DNA of 64,000 nucleotides. Origin: Gammaproteobacteria bacterium. Its GTDB lineage: Bacteria; Pseudomonadota; Gammaproteobacteria; Eutrophobiales; Eutrophobiaceae. Below, one piece after another: positions 1 through 11,642 of this stretch (position 1 is the first letter of the stretch; each line of letters opens with the position of its first letter). A program made the position numbers and the translations under genes. The notes below the pieces were generated by a model. It saw only the letters and a program-made list of their open reading frames with translations, was not told where the DNA came from and searched no databases. The DNA is taken from assembly GCA_963923955.1 (NCBI GenBank), contig OZ000552.1, forward strand, positions 870,271 to 934,270, read 5' to 3'.

Positions 1-81
1 ATCCAGCACCACGCCAGATGGTTCTTATGAAGAAAGCGCATGTGCCGACTTCAATAGCCGTCAGCGCCTTGATCCATGCTG

Positions 82-95
82 CCCCCCCCCCCCCC
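82..95. repeat. Homopolymeric poly-C tract (14 C) in the non-coding start of the window
   Basis: Direct read: gctgCCCCCCCCCCCCCCgcag at 82-95. Confidence 0.9.
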
Positions 96-195
96 GCAGA
101 ACCTGAATATGGACTGATAGGTACCGCTTATCCTTCCGCATTCGCCCTTTGTGCAGGGTAAAAAAACGAGGGGGCCGGGCGGCGGTGGCAAGCTC

Positions 196-1098
196 TTAAG
201 GAGACAAAGCCGTTGTTTTCATGCGGCTGTGGCTGGTGTGAATTGCAGCAAGATCTGCCCGCCACTTATTGAGCTTGTCATGCAGTCTTTTGTTTTGCCG
301 CTCGTTGCGAGTGTTTAGTATTTCCGCGATGAGGATGGATATACGTCTTATGTTTCTCTCGCTGGCCTGCTGTGAATCTTGCTCGGAATAGCCTGCGCCA
401 TCTTGCAGAAGTGTAGCTAATTCGTCTCTCCATCCTTGTGGTTTTTCAAGCGCATCAATCAGCCGTCCCTGCCAGTCTTTCCTAGCCGCCATCCAGCTTT
501 TATCGAGCCTCTCCAGGGCGTTCGCCGTCTGTTTGACCCGGCCCTGTTGTTTCTTTGTGAGCGGGCCCAGCCAATAACGAAAATTCCTGTTCAAACGCTT
601 GCTTGTGGATTGACTATAACCCGCCGCATCCCGGGACAGATATTCATCCTCAAGCTCCCTGTTCCGCTGCGCCATGCTCAAGGCCAATTCTTCGATCTGC
701 GCAGGCGATAAGCTGCCCGCCAACTCAATCAGCCAAGGCGTCATCATGGGCAGCAATTTCTCATAGGCCAGACGTATCTCTTTGAACCATTGTTCTACGT
801 CTTCTCCCTCAAGCTCGCCATCTACCGCCTGCTGCACCTGATCCAAAAAGGCGACATATTCATTCAATTCGCTTTCACTGTGCCAGTCCAACACGGAATC
901 CATGCTCGCCGCAACGAAGCGCGCCTGCTCCCGATCCAGCTCGACATATTTTTCTATCTGATACTTGGTGAACCAGTCGATGCGGTTATAGAGAAACTGA
1001 CCGCCACAGGCAGCCAGCATGGCGAGCAGCAAGATAGACAATGCGCCCGTGCGCATAGGCTTTGAGACTTGACTAAAACCAGCCATCGGCCTTGTCAT
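196..1098 (-). CDS. Hypothetical lipoprotein (signal peptide with lipobox LAACGG, charged and Q-rich)
   Basis: 300 aa ORF, ATG start, N-terminal hydrophobic segment followed by Cys, no recognisable catalytic motif. Confidence 0.5.
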   Translation of the reverse strand: MTRPMAGFSQVSKPMRTGALSILLLAMLAACGGQFLYNRIDWFTKYQIEKYVELDREQARFVAASMDSVLDWHSESELNEYVAFLDQVQQAVDGELEGEDVEQWFKEIRLAYEKLLPMMTPWLIELAGSLSPAQIEELALSMAQRNRELEDEYLSRDAAGYSQSTSKRLNRNFRYWLGPLTKKQQGRVKQTANALERLDKSWMAARKDWQGRLIDALEKPQGWRDELATLLQDGAGYSEQDSQQASERNIRRISILIAEILNTRNERQNKRLHDKLNKWRADLAAIHTSHSRMKTTALSP

Positions 1099-1678
1099 CC
1101 AATTCCGCCTTGCAGCTTTTGTACTGCTGGTTATAACTCGCTGCCCGCCGCTTTACCTTATCAGCCACGCCGATCAGCCACCTTTTCTGCTTCCAGGTGC
1201 CGCGTTTATAGCCGCCGCGGCCCTCATGGTAGGCAAGGTATTGTTCATAGGCATCCCACTTTGAAATGCCCAGTTGTCTCTGGGTCGCATGGGTGTACCA
1301 GCCGATAAAGTCTATGGCATCGCCGAAATCATCCCGGTCTGCCCCCCAGCGCCCGCCGGCCTTTTTATAATCTTCCCAGGCCGGGTCTTGCGCCTGCGCA
1401 TAGCCATAGGCGGAAGAGCGGCGCGGCAGGGGGATGACGCCGAGAAACCACTTGCGGGCGGGTCTGGCATTTCTGACAAAGCGTGATTCCTGGTGCATGA
1501 AGGCCATCATCACCCAGACCGGGGTGCCCCAGCGCTCATTCGCTTTCAGCGCATCCTTATACCAATCAATGTCGCCACGGAATATGGAACAAAGATTATT
1601 CACATTTTTCGGTTGATAATGACTACAGGCGCTTAAAAATAAGGCGAAGATTAGTATGGCTGGATATTTCAGGTTCAT
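1073..1678 (-). CDS. Lytic transglycosylase-like lipoprotein (SLT domain)
   Basis: Lipoprotein signal MNLKYPAILIFALFLSACS, SLT-type motif AFMHQESRF and YGYAQ; start trimmed to the internal Met that gives the signal peptide. Confidence 0.55.
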   Translation of the reverse strand: MNLKYPAILIFALFLSACSHYQPKNVNNLCSIFRGDIDWYKDALKANERWGTPVWVMMAFMHQESRFVRNARPARKWFLGVIPLPRRSSAYGYAQAQDPAWEDYKKAGGRWGADRDDFGDAIDFIGWYTHATQRQLGISKWDAYEQYLAYHEGRGGYKRGTWKQKRWLIGVADKVKRRAASYNQQYKSCKAELDDKADGWF

Positions 1679-1768
1679 AGGGCTTTGCTGCTCTTTAATA
1701 CGGTATTTTAGTTCTTTATAAAGAAACACTATAGTAATGGTTCTTTTGGATACGAATCAAGTCCGTTA

Positions 1769-3547
1769 ATGCGCCCAAGTCGAAGTATCAGTCATCGCAG
1801 CTTCTCTGGTAATTGGACAATACTGGCCAGCCTGGTTCCCTATTTTATGGAATTTCGCAGCCGCGTATTGCTTGCCATGTGCTGTCTTATATTGGCAAAG
1901 CTGGCCACTGTGGCCGTGCCCTTTGCGATGAAGAATATTGTCGATGCGCTGGACACCACCCAATCCACCGTGATTGCCGTGCCGATGGCCTTTTTGCTGT
2001 TCTACGGCCTGCTTCGATTTAGCTCGATCATCCTGGGGGAGATCCGCGACACCATCTTTGGCCGGGTGACGGAGCGTGCCATGCGCCGCATTGGGTTGAA
2101 AGTATTCAAACATCTGCACGCCCTGGAGCTGGAATTTCATCTCTCGCGCCGCACCGGCGGGTTGTCCCGAGACATCGAACGCGGCATAACGGGGATCAGT
2201 TTCATCATGCGTTTTATGTTGTTCAACATCCTGCCCACCCTGCTCGAAATCAGCCTGGTCACCGTTATCCTGCTGTTCAACTACGGGCCTGCCTTTGCCC
2301 TTGTTATCGTTGTTTCGGTAGCGCTGTATGTCGGCTTTTCCGTTGTCATGACCGAGAGGCGCACCCGGCTCGTGCGCGTGATGAATGAGATGGATGACAG
2401 ATCGAATACCCGCGCTGTCGATAGCCTGCTTAATTTTGAAACGGTGAAGTATTTTAATAATGAAGCCTATGAGGCGCATGAGTACGATGAGAATCTGGCC
2501 GACTGGGAAAAGGCGCGGCGTGATAATCGCCTGTCACTGGCGGCGTTAAATTCAGGCCAGTCGCTCATCGTTGCTGCTGCGATCACTCTCATCATGATCA
2601 TTGCGGCACGCCAGGTCGTTGCGGGTTCCATGACCCTGGGCGACCTGGTGCTGGTGAATGCCTATATGTTGCAGCTGTTCCTGCCACTGAACTTTCTCGG
2701 CTTCGTCTATCGGGAGATTAAACGTGCCTTGGCCGACGTCGAGCACATGTTCACGCTCCTGGAAAAACAGCCAAAGATAAGCGATGCAAAAGATGCGCCG
2801 GCGCTGATGATAGCAAGCGGTGCCATTCGCTTTGAGAATGTCGGTTTTTTCTATAAGGGCGATAGAAGAATATTAAACCAGGTCAGCTTCAGTGTGCCTG
2901 CCGGGCGGAAGGTGGCCATCGTCGGGCCGAGCGGGGCGGGCAAGTCCACGATCATGCGCCTGCTATTTCGTTTCTACGATATTGATGAAGGCAGCATTAA
3001 AATTGATGGCCAGGACATCCGCAGGGTTACGCAGCATAGCCTGCGCAGTGCCATAGGCGTTGTGCCGCAGGACACGGTGCTGTTTAACAACACCATTCAC
3101 TACAACATCGCCTACGGCAACCCGGCGGCGACTGAGGCAGACATTGACCATGCCATCCACATGGCGCACCTTGATACGTTCATCGAGCAGTTGCCTCGGG
3201 GGCTTAGCACAATGGTGGGAGAGCGCGGGCTGAAAGTCTCCGGCGGTGAAAAGCAACGTATTGCGATCGCGCGCATGCTGCTTAAAAAGCCATCGATCAT
3301 GATCTTTGATGAGGCGACATCTTCACTGGACTCAAGCGCCGAGCAGGCGATCCTGGCGGCATTAAGAGACATTGCAAGGCACACAACGACCCTGATGATC
3401 GCCCATCGGCTCTCTACCATTATCGAGGCCGATACCATCGTCGTGCTGCGCCACGGCCGTGTCGTCGAGCAGGGAGATCACAAGGCATTGTTGCGGCACA
3501 ACGGCGTCTATTCACGCATGTGGCAGCTACAACAACAGGAGCACTGA
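1769..3547 (+). CDS. ABC transporter, fused permease/ATP-binding protein (ATM1/HMT-type exporter)
   Basis: Six-TM N-terminal region, Walker A GPSGAGKST, ABC signature VSGGEKQRIAIAR, Walker B IMIFDEATSSLD. Confidence 0.85.
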   Translation: MRPSRSISHRSFSGNWTILASLVPYFMEFRSRVLLAMCCLILAKLATVAVPFAMKNIVDALDTTQSTVIAVPMAFLLFYGLLRFSSIILGEIRDTIFGRVTERAMRRIGLKVFKHLHALELEFHLSRRTGGLSRDIERGITGISFIMRFMLFNILPTLLEISLVTVILLFNYGPAFALVIVVSVALYVGFSVVMTERRTRLVRVMNEMDDRSNTRAVDSLLNFETVKYFNNEAYEAHEYDENLADWEKARRDNRLSLAALNSGQSLIVAAAITLIMIIAARQVVAGSMTLGDLVLVNAYMLQLFLPLNFLGFVYREIKRALADVEHMFTLLEKQPKISDAKDAPALMIASGAIRFENVGFFYKGDRRILNQVSFSVPAGRKVAIVGPSGAGKSTIMRLLFRFYDIDEGSIKIDGQDIRRVTQHSLRSAIGVVPQDTVLFNNTIHYNIAYGNPAATEADIDHAIHMAHLDTFIEQLPRGLSTMVGERGLKVSGGEKQRIAIARMLLKKPSIMIFDEATSSLDSSAEQAILAALRDIARHTTTLMIAHRLSTIIEADTIVVLRHGRVVEQGDHKALLRHNGVYSRMWQLQQQEH

Positions 3548-3624
3548 GGCGTTAAGGCAAGTCCCCAGACAGACTTGTGCAGGGTTTTACTCAGGTGCCT
3601 GTAACCGGAAAGAAATAGAAAGCC

Positions 3625-4059
3625 TCAAGCCGCATCACTGCCATCGGGCGGCTTAAACTGCGCTTGCAGGTAATCCGCAAAACTCCGGCATACATCCGTA
3701 TCGGTGAACAGGCCGGCCAGCTTGCCATGTCTTGTCACCAGTGCTGAACCGATATGCTGCTCGGCCATGGTGCGCAATACCTTATCCAGGCGCTCGTTGA
3801 GATCAACGATATAGGGCTCTCTGATGTACACATCGCGGACCTTTAATTCATCCCGCCCTGCAGCGCCCGCCTCAGTCCCCAGATACATTTTAATATCCTT
3901 ATAGGTGAGCACACCGACCAGTTTATCGGCTTCCGTTACCGGCAGATGATGAATGCTGTGTTCCTGCAGAAATTCCATCACCTCCAGCATGGAAGCATCG
4001 ATCTCGACGGAATACGGAAAGGGGGTCATCACTGACTTGATCGCCGGGATACGTTTCAT
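3625..4059 (-). CDS. CBS domain-containing protein
   Basis: 144 aa with a CBS pair pattern (HHLPVTEADKLVGVLTYKDI ... GSALVTRHGKLAGLFTDTDV). Confidence 0.7.
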   Translation of the reverse strand: MKRIPAIKSVMTPFPYSVEIDASMLEVMEFLQEHSIHHLPVTEADKLVGVLTYKDIKMYLGTEAGAAGRDELKVRDVYIREPYIVDLNERLDKVLRTMAEQHIGSALVTRHGKLAGLFTDTDVCRSFADYLQAQFKPPDGSDAA

Positions 4060-4068
4060 GGCATCGCC

Positions 4069-4872
4069 TTAGCGCAAGCCCAGTACATCCTGCATGTCAT
4101 ACAGGCCGCTCTGTTTTTGCATCAGCCATCGGGCCGCACGCAGCGCTCCGACAGCAAAGGGCCTGCGGCTGGAGGCCTTGTGGCTGATCTCGATGCGCTC
4201 ACCGGCGGCGGCAAAGAGCACGCTATGCTCGCCAATGATGTCGCCCGCCCGGATGGTTGCAAAGCCGATGGTGTTTTTATCTCGTACTCCGGTTATGCCC
4301 TCTCGGCCATAGACGGCGCACTCTTTCAACTCACGCCCCAGAGTATCGGCGATGATCTCGCCTAGACGGATTGCGGTGCCTGAAGGGGCATCCTGTTTCT
4401 GGTTATGGTGGGCCTCGATGATTTCTATGTCGGCTTCTGCGCCAATGATCCGCGTGGCCAGTTCAGCGAGCTTAAAACAGAGGTTGACGCCGATGCTCAT
4501 GTTCGGCGCACACACAATGGCGATATCGCGGCTGGCGGCCTTAAGCAGATTTTTTTGCGCCTCATCCAAGCCGGTCGTGCCGATGACCATGCGCTTGCCG
4601 GCGGCCCGGCAGCGTTCAACATTGGCGGCGGTTGCCTCTGCCAGCGTGAAATCGATCAGCACATCAAAATCATCAGCTACTGCGGCGATCTCCGATGCGA
4701 TGACCACGCCCCGTTTGCCCAGCCCGGCGGACTCATGGACATCAAGGCCCAACATGGAAGATTGCGGATGTTCTATTGCCGCGCCGATAATGATCCCGTC
4801 GGTATCGTAGCAGACTGCCAGGATGGTGCGGCCCATCCTGCCCGCCGCACCGCACACACCGATTCTTGTCAT
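4069..4872 (-). CDS. dapB: 4-hydroxy-tetrahydrodipicolinate reductase
   Basis: MTRIGVCGAAGRMGR N-terminal NAD(P)-binding motif, EIIEAHHNQKQDAPSGTA motif; start trimmed from the ORF track; sits downstream of dnaJ as in many bacteria. Confidence 0.85.
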   Translation of the reverse strand: MTRIGVCGAAGRMGRTILAVCYDTDGIIIGAAIEHPQSSMLGLDVHESAGLGKRGVVIASEIAAVADDFDVLIDFTLAEATAANVERCRAAGKRMVIGTTGLDEAQKNLLKAASRDIAIVCAPNMSIGVNLCFKLAELATRIIGAEADIEIIEAHHNQKQDAPSGTAIRLGEIIADTLGRELKECAVYGREGITGVRDKNTIGFATIRAGDIIGEHSVLFAAAGERIEISHKASSRRPFAVGALRAARWLMQKQSGLYDMQDVLGLR

Positions 4873-4968
4873 AGACCCCGTATCCCGTTGTTTGCCTTGC
4901 GCGAAGGCACCTGCCCGCTTCACAAGGGCGAATATATCAGTTTACAGGGGCGATTAGTATGCAGTAAT

Positions 4969-6096
4969 TTAATCGCTTATGCCTTCAAAGAACTTCTTCA
5001 CCCCATCCATCCACGATGAGGCTTGTGGGCTGTGACGCGTGCTGCCCGCCTGCATTGAGCTTTCAAACTCCTGCAATAATTGCCTTTGCCGCTTGTTCAG
5101 CTTGACCGGCGTCTCCACCATCACCCGACACATGAGATCGCCGGTGGCGGCTGAGCGCACCGTCCTCACGCCCTTGCTGCGCAGGCGGAACTGCCGGCCG
5201 CTTTGAGTCTCTGCCGGGATTTTGAGCTTTACCTTGCCATCCAAGGTGGGCACTTCCAGTTCGCCGCCGAGCGCTGCGGTGGCAAAGCTGATCGGGACAT
5301 CACAATAGAGATCAGCACCATCGCGCACAAAGATAGGATGCTCCTTCACCGCAATGTGTACATATAGATCACCAGACGGCCCCTTATTCTCGCCCGCCTC
5401 GCCCTCATTGCTCAGGCGGATGCGGTCGCCCGTATCCACCCCGGGCGGCACCTTCACCGAGATGGTCTTGCTGTCACGCACCCGCCCCTGACCGCGGCAG
5501 GTGGCGCAGGGGTCGCTGATAATCTTGCCCGCCCCCCGACACTGCGGGCAGGTCTGTTGCACGGAAAAAAAGCCCTGCTGCATGCGCACCTGACCAAGGC
5601 CGTTACAGGTCGAACAGGTCGCGGGGGAGGCGCCCTTTTTTGCGCCGCTGCCATGACAGGCGCCGCACTGCACCAGCTTAGGCACACGGATCTTAATCGT
5701 CGTCCCGGCGACTGCATCTTCCAGGTTCAGCTCCAGGTCATAGCGCAGATCCGCACCGCGATATACCCGTTCCCTGCCGCTGCGGCCGCCGCCGAATATA
5801 TCGCCGAAGACGCTGTCAAAGATGTCGCCAAAGCCCGCCGCACCGGCACCGCCCCCACCGCCCATGCCGACATCCACGCCGGCATGGCCGAATTGATCAT
5901 AGGCGGCGCGCTTTTGCTGATCCGAGAGCACATCATGCGCCTCCTTGGCCTCCTTGAATTTCTCCTCCGCCGCCGTGCTGTCCGGGTTGCGATCAGGATG
6001 ATACTTCATCGCCAGCCGGCGATAGGCTTTTTTTAATTCGGCATCGGTGGCATTTTTGGAAACACCAAGGATCTCGTAATAATCTCTCTTGCTCAT
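4969..6096 (-). CDS. dnaJ: Chaperone DnaJ
   Basis: J-domain [12 protein letters not shown]...KYHPDRN, G/F-rich region, four CxxCxGxG zinc-finger repeats. Confidence 0.95.
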   Translation of the reverse strand: MSKRDYYEILGVSKNATDAELKKAYRRLAMKYHPDRNPDSTAAEEKFKEAKEAHDVLSDQQKRAAYDQFGHAGVDVGMGGGGGAGAAGFGDIFDSVFGDIFGGGRSGRERVYRGADLRYDLELNLEDAVAGTTIKIRVPKLVQCGACHGSGAKKGASPATCSTCNGLGQVRMQQGFFSVQQTCPQCRGAGKIISDPCATCRGQGRVRDSKTISVKVPPGVDTGDRIRLSNEGEAGENKGPSGDLYVHIAVKEHPIFVRDGADLYCDVPISFATAALGGELEVPTLDGKVKLKIPAETQSGRQFRLRSKGVRTVRSAATGDLMCRVMVETPVKLNKRQRQLLQEFESSMQAGSTRHSPQASSWMDGVKKFFEGISD

Positions 6097-6214
6097 CTTT
6101 GGCTTAGCGTTGGTTTAACCGCTCTTAAATACGACAATAGCCCGGCAAGAGGGTACGCTCTCCCGGGCTATGAACAGGATTCGTTGCCGATAATCAGGCA
6201 CGAATGGTCACCAT

Positions 6215-8146
<1,932 letters not shown>

Positions 8147-8190
8147 TGTTAGTGTTCTCCGCTTTCTTGGATTATTTGCTTAATTTTCAA

Positions 8191-8219
8191 AAATGTTTGG
8201 GTGAGAGAGCCGAAATTCA
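8191..8219 (-). promoter_or_regulatory. Candidate sigma-32 heat-shock promoter upstream of dnaK
   Basis: mRNA-sense CTTGAAT-N13-CCCAAACAT resembles CTTGAAA-N13-15-CCCCATNT; partial match only. Confidence 0.3.
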
Positions 8220-8252
8220 AGCCCGGATTAGCAACTGTATCTAAAGATGCCT

Positions 8253-8852
8253 TTATTTGGAGACCATCACCATCGCCGGTCGCACCAGGCGCCCGTTTAG
8301 CTCATAGCCCTTCTGCATCACGGCGACCACCCGGCCCGGCTCAGTACCTTCAACTTCCTGCATGGAAACCGCCTCGTGTTTCTCAGGATTGAATTTCTCG
8401 CCCTGCGGGTCCAGTTCTGCGATGCCGAATTTATCCAGCGTGTCCAAGAACATCTTCAAGGTCAGGTCCATGCCCTCGCGTAAGCTCTCTACGTCCTCTG
8501 CGCCTTCGCTGGCATGGATGCCCAGCACCATACTGTCGATCACGGGCAGCAGGCCGGTGACAAATCGCTCCAGGGCGTATTTATGCGCCTGTTCTATGTC
8601 GCGGATGGTGCGTTTACGCAGGTTATCCACCTCAGCCCGGGCGCGCACCGCCTTGTCCACATTCTCTTCTACCAGCAGCTTCAGGCTTTCTATTTCCCGG
8701 TTTAGTCTGTCGATATCGGGCAACTCGGGATCTGGCTCGGCGGCTGTTTCCTCTTCCGTCACGGCCTGCTCTTCCGCCAACACCTCCCCCGCAGGCGCTT
8801 CTTCTTCGACAGTTTCAGTATTTTCCTGATTATCAGTTTGTTCCGCAGACAT
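8253..8852 (-). CDS. grpE: Nucleotide exchange factor GrpE
   Basis: 199 aa, acidic N-terminus, typical GrpE C-terminal motifs (DSMVLG, RPAMVMVSK); immediately upstream of dnaK. Confidence 0.9.
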   Translation of the reverse strand: MSAEQTDNQENTETVEEEAPAGEVLAEEQAVTEEETAAEPDPELPDIDRLNREIESLKLLVEENVDKAVRARAEVDNLRKRTIRDIEQAHKYALERFVTGLLPVIDSMVLGIHASEGAEDVESLREGMDLTLKMFLDTLDKFGIAELDPQGEKFNPEKHEAVSMQEVEGTEPGRVVAVMQKGYELNGRLVRPAMVMVSK

Positions 8853-8936
8853 AGCCCCTCTTAACTAAGATGATAAAGATGACAGAGAAAGAAGACGCCG
8901 GCGCGCATTTGCTCACGCACCGGCTTGAGATAGGGA

Positions 8937-9995
8937 TCAATTCAAGGAATTCAAGGCCGAGCCGAGCATTTTTGCCGTAATATCGACCACGGGGATGACT
9001 CTTTCATAGTCCATGCGGGTCGGGCCGATCACGCCCAGCACACCTAAGGTCTGGCCGTCCACCTCATAGGGCGAGGTGACCACACTGCAATTATCCAGCA
9101 CCTCGTAGCCGGATTCCTCGCCAATGAAGATCTGTACGCCTTTGGCAGTGACCGCATGTTCGAGCAGATGCAGGATGTCGCGCTTTTGGTTAAAGCTCTC
9201 AAAGAGTTTTTTCAGCTTTTCCACATCGCTCAGATCAGTAACCCCCATCAGGTTGGTCTGCCCGGACATGACATAATCATCCGGCTTATTCGAATCAACA
9301 AAGGCCTTTTGCGCCATTTCTATGGCGGTCTGCATGGATTTACTGACCACCTCTTTCATCTTCTTCAATTCCCGCACCAATTCGGCGCGCACGCTCTGCA
9401 GCGCCTTGCCGCTGAAGGTCGCGTTCAGGTAGTTGGCCGCCTGCTGCAATTCGGCAGAAGTGTAGTGCCTTGCAGTATGGATAATACGATTTTGCACCTC
9501 GCGCTCATTCACCACGAGAATGACCAACACCCGATTATCCGACAGCGGCAAAAACTCAATGTGTTTCAGCGCCTGTTGCTCGACTCGGGGCAACATGACC
9601 ACGGCGGCGAGCCTTGTTATCTCAGATAACATGGCCGAGGTCTTCTCCATCAGCTTATTCAAGTCATCGCCCACTTCCATCTCCCGGGCAATCCGAGCCA
9701 TCTCCACGCTCTGCATGGTCTCTGCGCGCAACAGGCTATCCACAAAAAGCCGATAACCCTTGACCGTCGGCACCCGCCCGGCGGAGGTGTGTGGGGAGTG
9801 CAGCAGCCCTAAGTCCTCCAGATCGGCCATGACATTGCGGATGGTTGCCGGGCTTAGCTCCAGCTTGGCATCACGCGCAAGGGTGCGCGAGCCGACCGGC
9901 TGGCCGTCTGAGATAAAATGCTCCACCAGGGCCTTGAACAGGTGCAGGCCGCGTTCAGATAGCTCTCCGCTGCTGGCTTTCGATGTCATCGGCAT
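8937..9995 (-). CDS. hrcA: Heat-inducible transcription repressor HrcA
   Basis: N-terminal winged-helix region LSERGLHLFKALVEHFISDGQPVGSRTLA and HrcA-typical LEDLGLLHSPHTSAGRVPT; 352 aa. Confidence 0.85.
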   Translation of the reverse strand: MPMTSKASSGELSERGLHLFKALVEHFISDGQPVGSRTLARDAKLELSPATIRNVMADLEDLGLLHSPHTSAGRVPTVKGYRLFVDSLLRAETMQSVEMARIAREMEVGDDLNKLMEKTSAMLSEITRLAAVVMLPRVEQQALKHIEFLPLSDNRVLVILVVNEREVQNRIIHTARHYTSAELQQAANYLNATFSGKALQSVRAELVRELKKMKEVVSKSMQTAIEMAQKAFVDSNKPDDYVMSGQTNLMGVTDLSDVEKLKKLFESFNQKRDILHLLEHAVTAKGVQIFIGEESGYEVLDNCSVVTSPYEVDGQTLGVLGVIGPTRMDYERVIPVVDITAKMLGSALNSLN

Positions 9996-10116
9996 AGCCT
10001 AAGATTTTAGCCCTAACAAGAGAAAAATCCAGCATTCTAAGGGCCGCGACTGCAAAAGCAGATTGGCCGGGCGGCCTGTACGTGCTAATTTTGCTTATCC
10101 GGACACCGCCACAACG

Positions 10117-10983
10117 ATGAATATGTTCACGACCATAGCACTGATCAGCAATAACGAAGCGACAGAGATCAAGGATACCTTGTCCGCTGTCACCAATTTC
10201 CTGAAATCCCGCAAGATCAAGGTCATCCTGGACGAATTCTGCGCCGAATTGCTGCCGGATGCCGGTTTTCAGGCCGTGAACGCAGAAGAACTGGCCGAGC
10301 ATTGCACCTTAGGCATTGCCATCGGTGGGGACGGCACCATGCTGCGCGCCGCCCACCTGCTGGCCGGTCACGACATCCCCCTGCTCGGCATTAACCGCGG
10401 CCGGCTGGGCTTTCTGGCCGATATTCCTGCAGAAGCCATTCAGGTGCAACTCGGGCAGATTCTGGATGGTGATTATGTGGAAGATGATCGCTTTCAACTG
10501 CATTGCCGGGTTACGCGCGGCGATGCGATGATCTTGGAAAGCGATGCCTTTAATGATGTCGTCATCCAGAAATGGAACATTGCCAGGCTGATCGAACTGG
10601 AAACCTATGTTGACCGCAGCCTGGTGCACAGCCAGCGCGCAGACGGCATGATCGTGGCCTCGCCAACAGGCTCCACTGCGTACGCGCTGTCCGGCGGCGG
10701 CCCGATCATTCATCCCGCTCTGGATGCGCTGGTGCTGGTGCCGATCTGTCCGCATACGCTGAGCAATCGCCCGATTATCATAGACGGCAACAGCCGGGTG
10801 GAGATCGTCGTTGGTACGCCGGAGATCGATCATGCCCGCTTGAGTTGTGATGGCGAGATAAGCTGCGAGCTCGCCACCGGCGATAAGGTCAGCGTCTATA
10901 AAAAAGACAAAAAAATTCGACTGATCCACCCGGCGCATCACGACCATTTCAGCATCCTGCGGGCGAAGTTGAACTGGGGCTGA
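10117..10983 (+). CDS. nadK: NAD(+) kinase
   Basis: GGDGTML and GINRGRLGFL motifs; start trimmed to ATG at 10117; divergent from the hrcA-grpE operon, as nadK neighbours grpE in E. coli. Confidence 0.85.
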   Translation: MNMFTTIALISNNEATEIKDTLSAVTNFLKSRKIKVILDEFCAELLPDAGFQAVNAEELAEHCTLGIAIGGDGTMLRAAHLLAGHDIPLLGINRGRLGFLADIPAEAIQVQLGQILDGDYVEDDRFQLHCRVTRGDAMILESDAFNDVVIQKWNIARLIELETYVDRSLVHSQRADGMIVASPTGSTAYALSGGGPIIHPALDALVLVPICPHTLSNRPIIIDGNSRVEIVVGTPEIDHARLSCDGEISCELATGDKVSVYKKDKKIRLIHPAHHDHFSILRAKLNWG

Positions 10984-11035
10984 TTTTTGAAAATGATCGC
11001 GGCAAGTTGACAACCCGCCTTTCATTTTCCCGCCT

Positions 11036-11064
11036 CCCCGAACTTCGGGATTTCGGTTTTTTCG
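11036..11064 (+). terminator. Weak candidate intrinsic terminator after nadK
   Basis: Short hairpin CCCG-aactt-CGGG followed by a T-rich run atttcggttttttcg. Confidence 0.3.
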
Positions 11065-11153
11065 CTTTGGCCTCAGTCAGGTTGCGGCGGCGGCTTGTGT
11101 TTGATGGCGGACAGCCCGAGCGACAGGTTCGCGGCAGGATTTGATTTTATCGG

Positions 11154-11642
11154 TCATTGAAACGTCTTCCTTACAAACTCCAAATTTTTACATTCCCGGA
11201 GGATTTCCCAATTATTTTTTGTCTGTTGTATTTTTTTGATTGAAATAGATTGCTGTTTTAACTTTTCAATGTAGATGGTCGGCACAAAATAGAAATTGAT
11301 TTCCTTATCACCATTGTCTGTCAGCACCTCAACACCTACCACAACATCGGCTGTTTCCGTGCTTTGGGTGTAGGATTTCACGTCAGATTTATATTGCCGA
11401 TCTATTCCACCTCGCACACCGCCCTTAAATGAAATAGAGCCGGTTTTACTGATGGTTTTCACCTGGACTCTGATCGTATCGTGTTTGCTTCTCTCAACAA
11501 TCAGGTCGTAGGTGGAATGGGGCAGATCGACTTTGGAGGCATTAAACCCCCGTGCCAGTAATGCCGCCAGCAATCTGCTTTCATTGGCAAAGCCCTTGAC
11601 GGAGGCTAGTTTGCCTTTCTCCGTTTCATTTAAGCCCGTCAC
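11154..11642 (-). CDS. Small PD-(D/E)xK nuclease, restriction-endonuclease-like (Mrr/Hjc-like core), putative R subunit of a type II R-M pair
   Basis: Motif E-x2-LAALLARGF ... YDLIVE ... RVQVKT. A GTG start at 11642 overlaps the MTase TGA stop (GTGA); the track ORF starts at a TTG at 11729. AT-rich relative to the flanks. Confidence 0.45.
   Translation of the reverse strand: MTGLNETEKGKLASVKGFANESRLLAALLARGFNASKVDLPHSTYDLIVERSKHDTIRVQVKTISKTGSISFKGGVRGGIDRQYKSDVKSYTQSTETADVVVGVEVLTDNGDKEINFYFVPTIYIEKLKQQSISIKKIQQTKNNWEILRECKNLEFVRKTFQ

Noticed and set aside
9996-10062. Possible CIRCE operator upstream of hrcA
   Set aside because: Only the TTAG/CTAA ends match; the half-sites are degenerate and the spacer is about 16 nt, not 9
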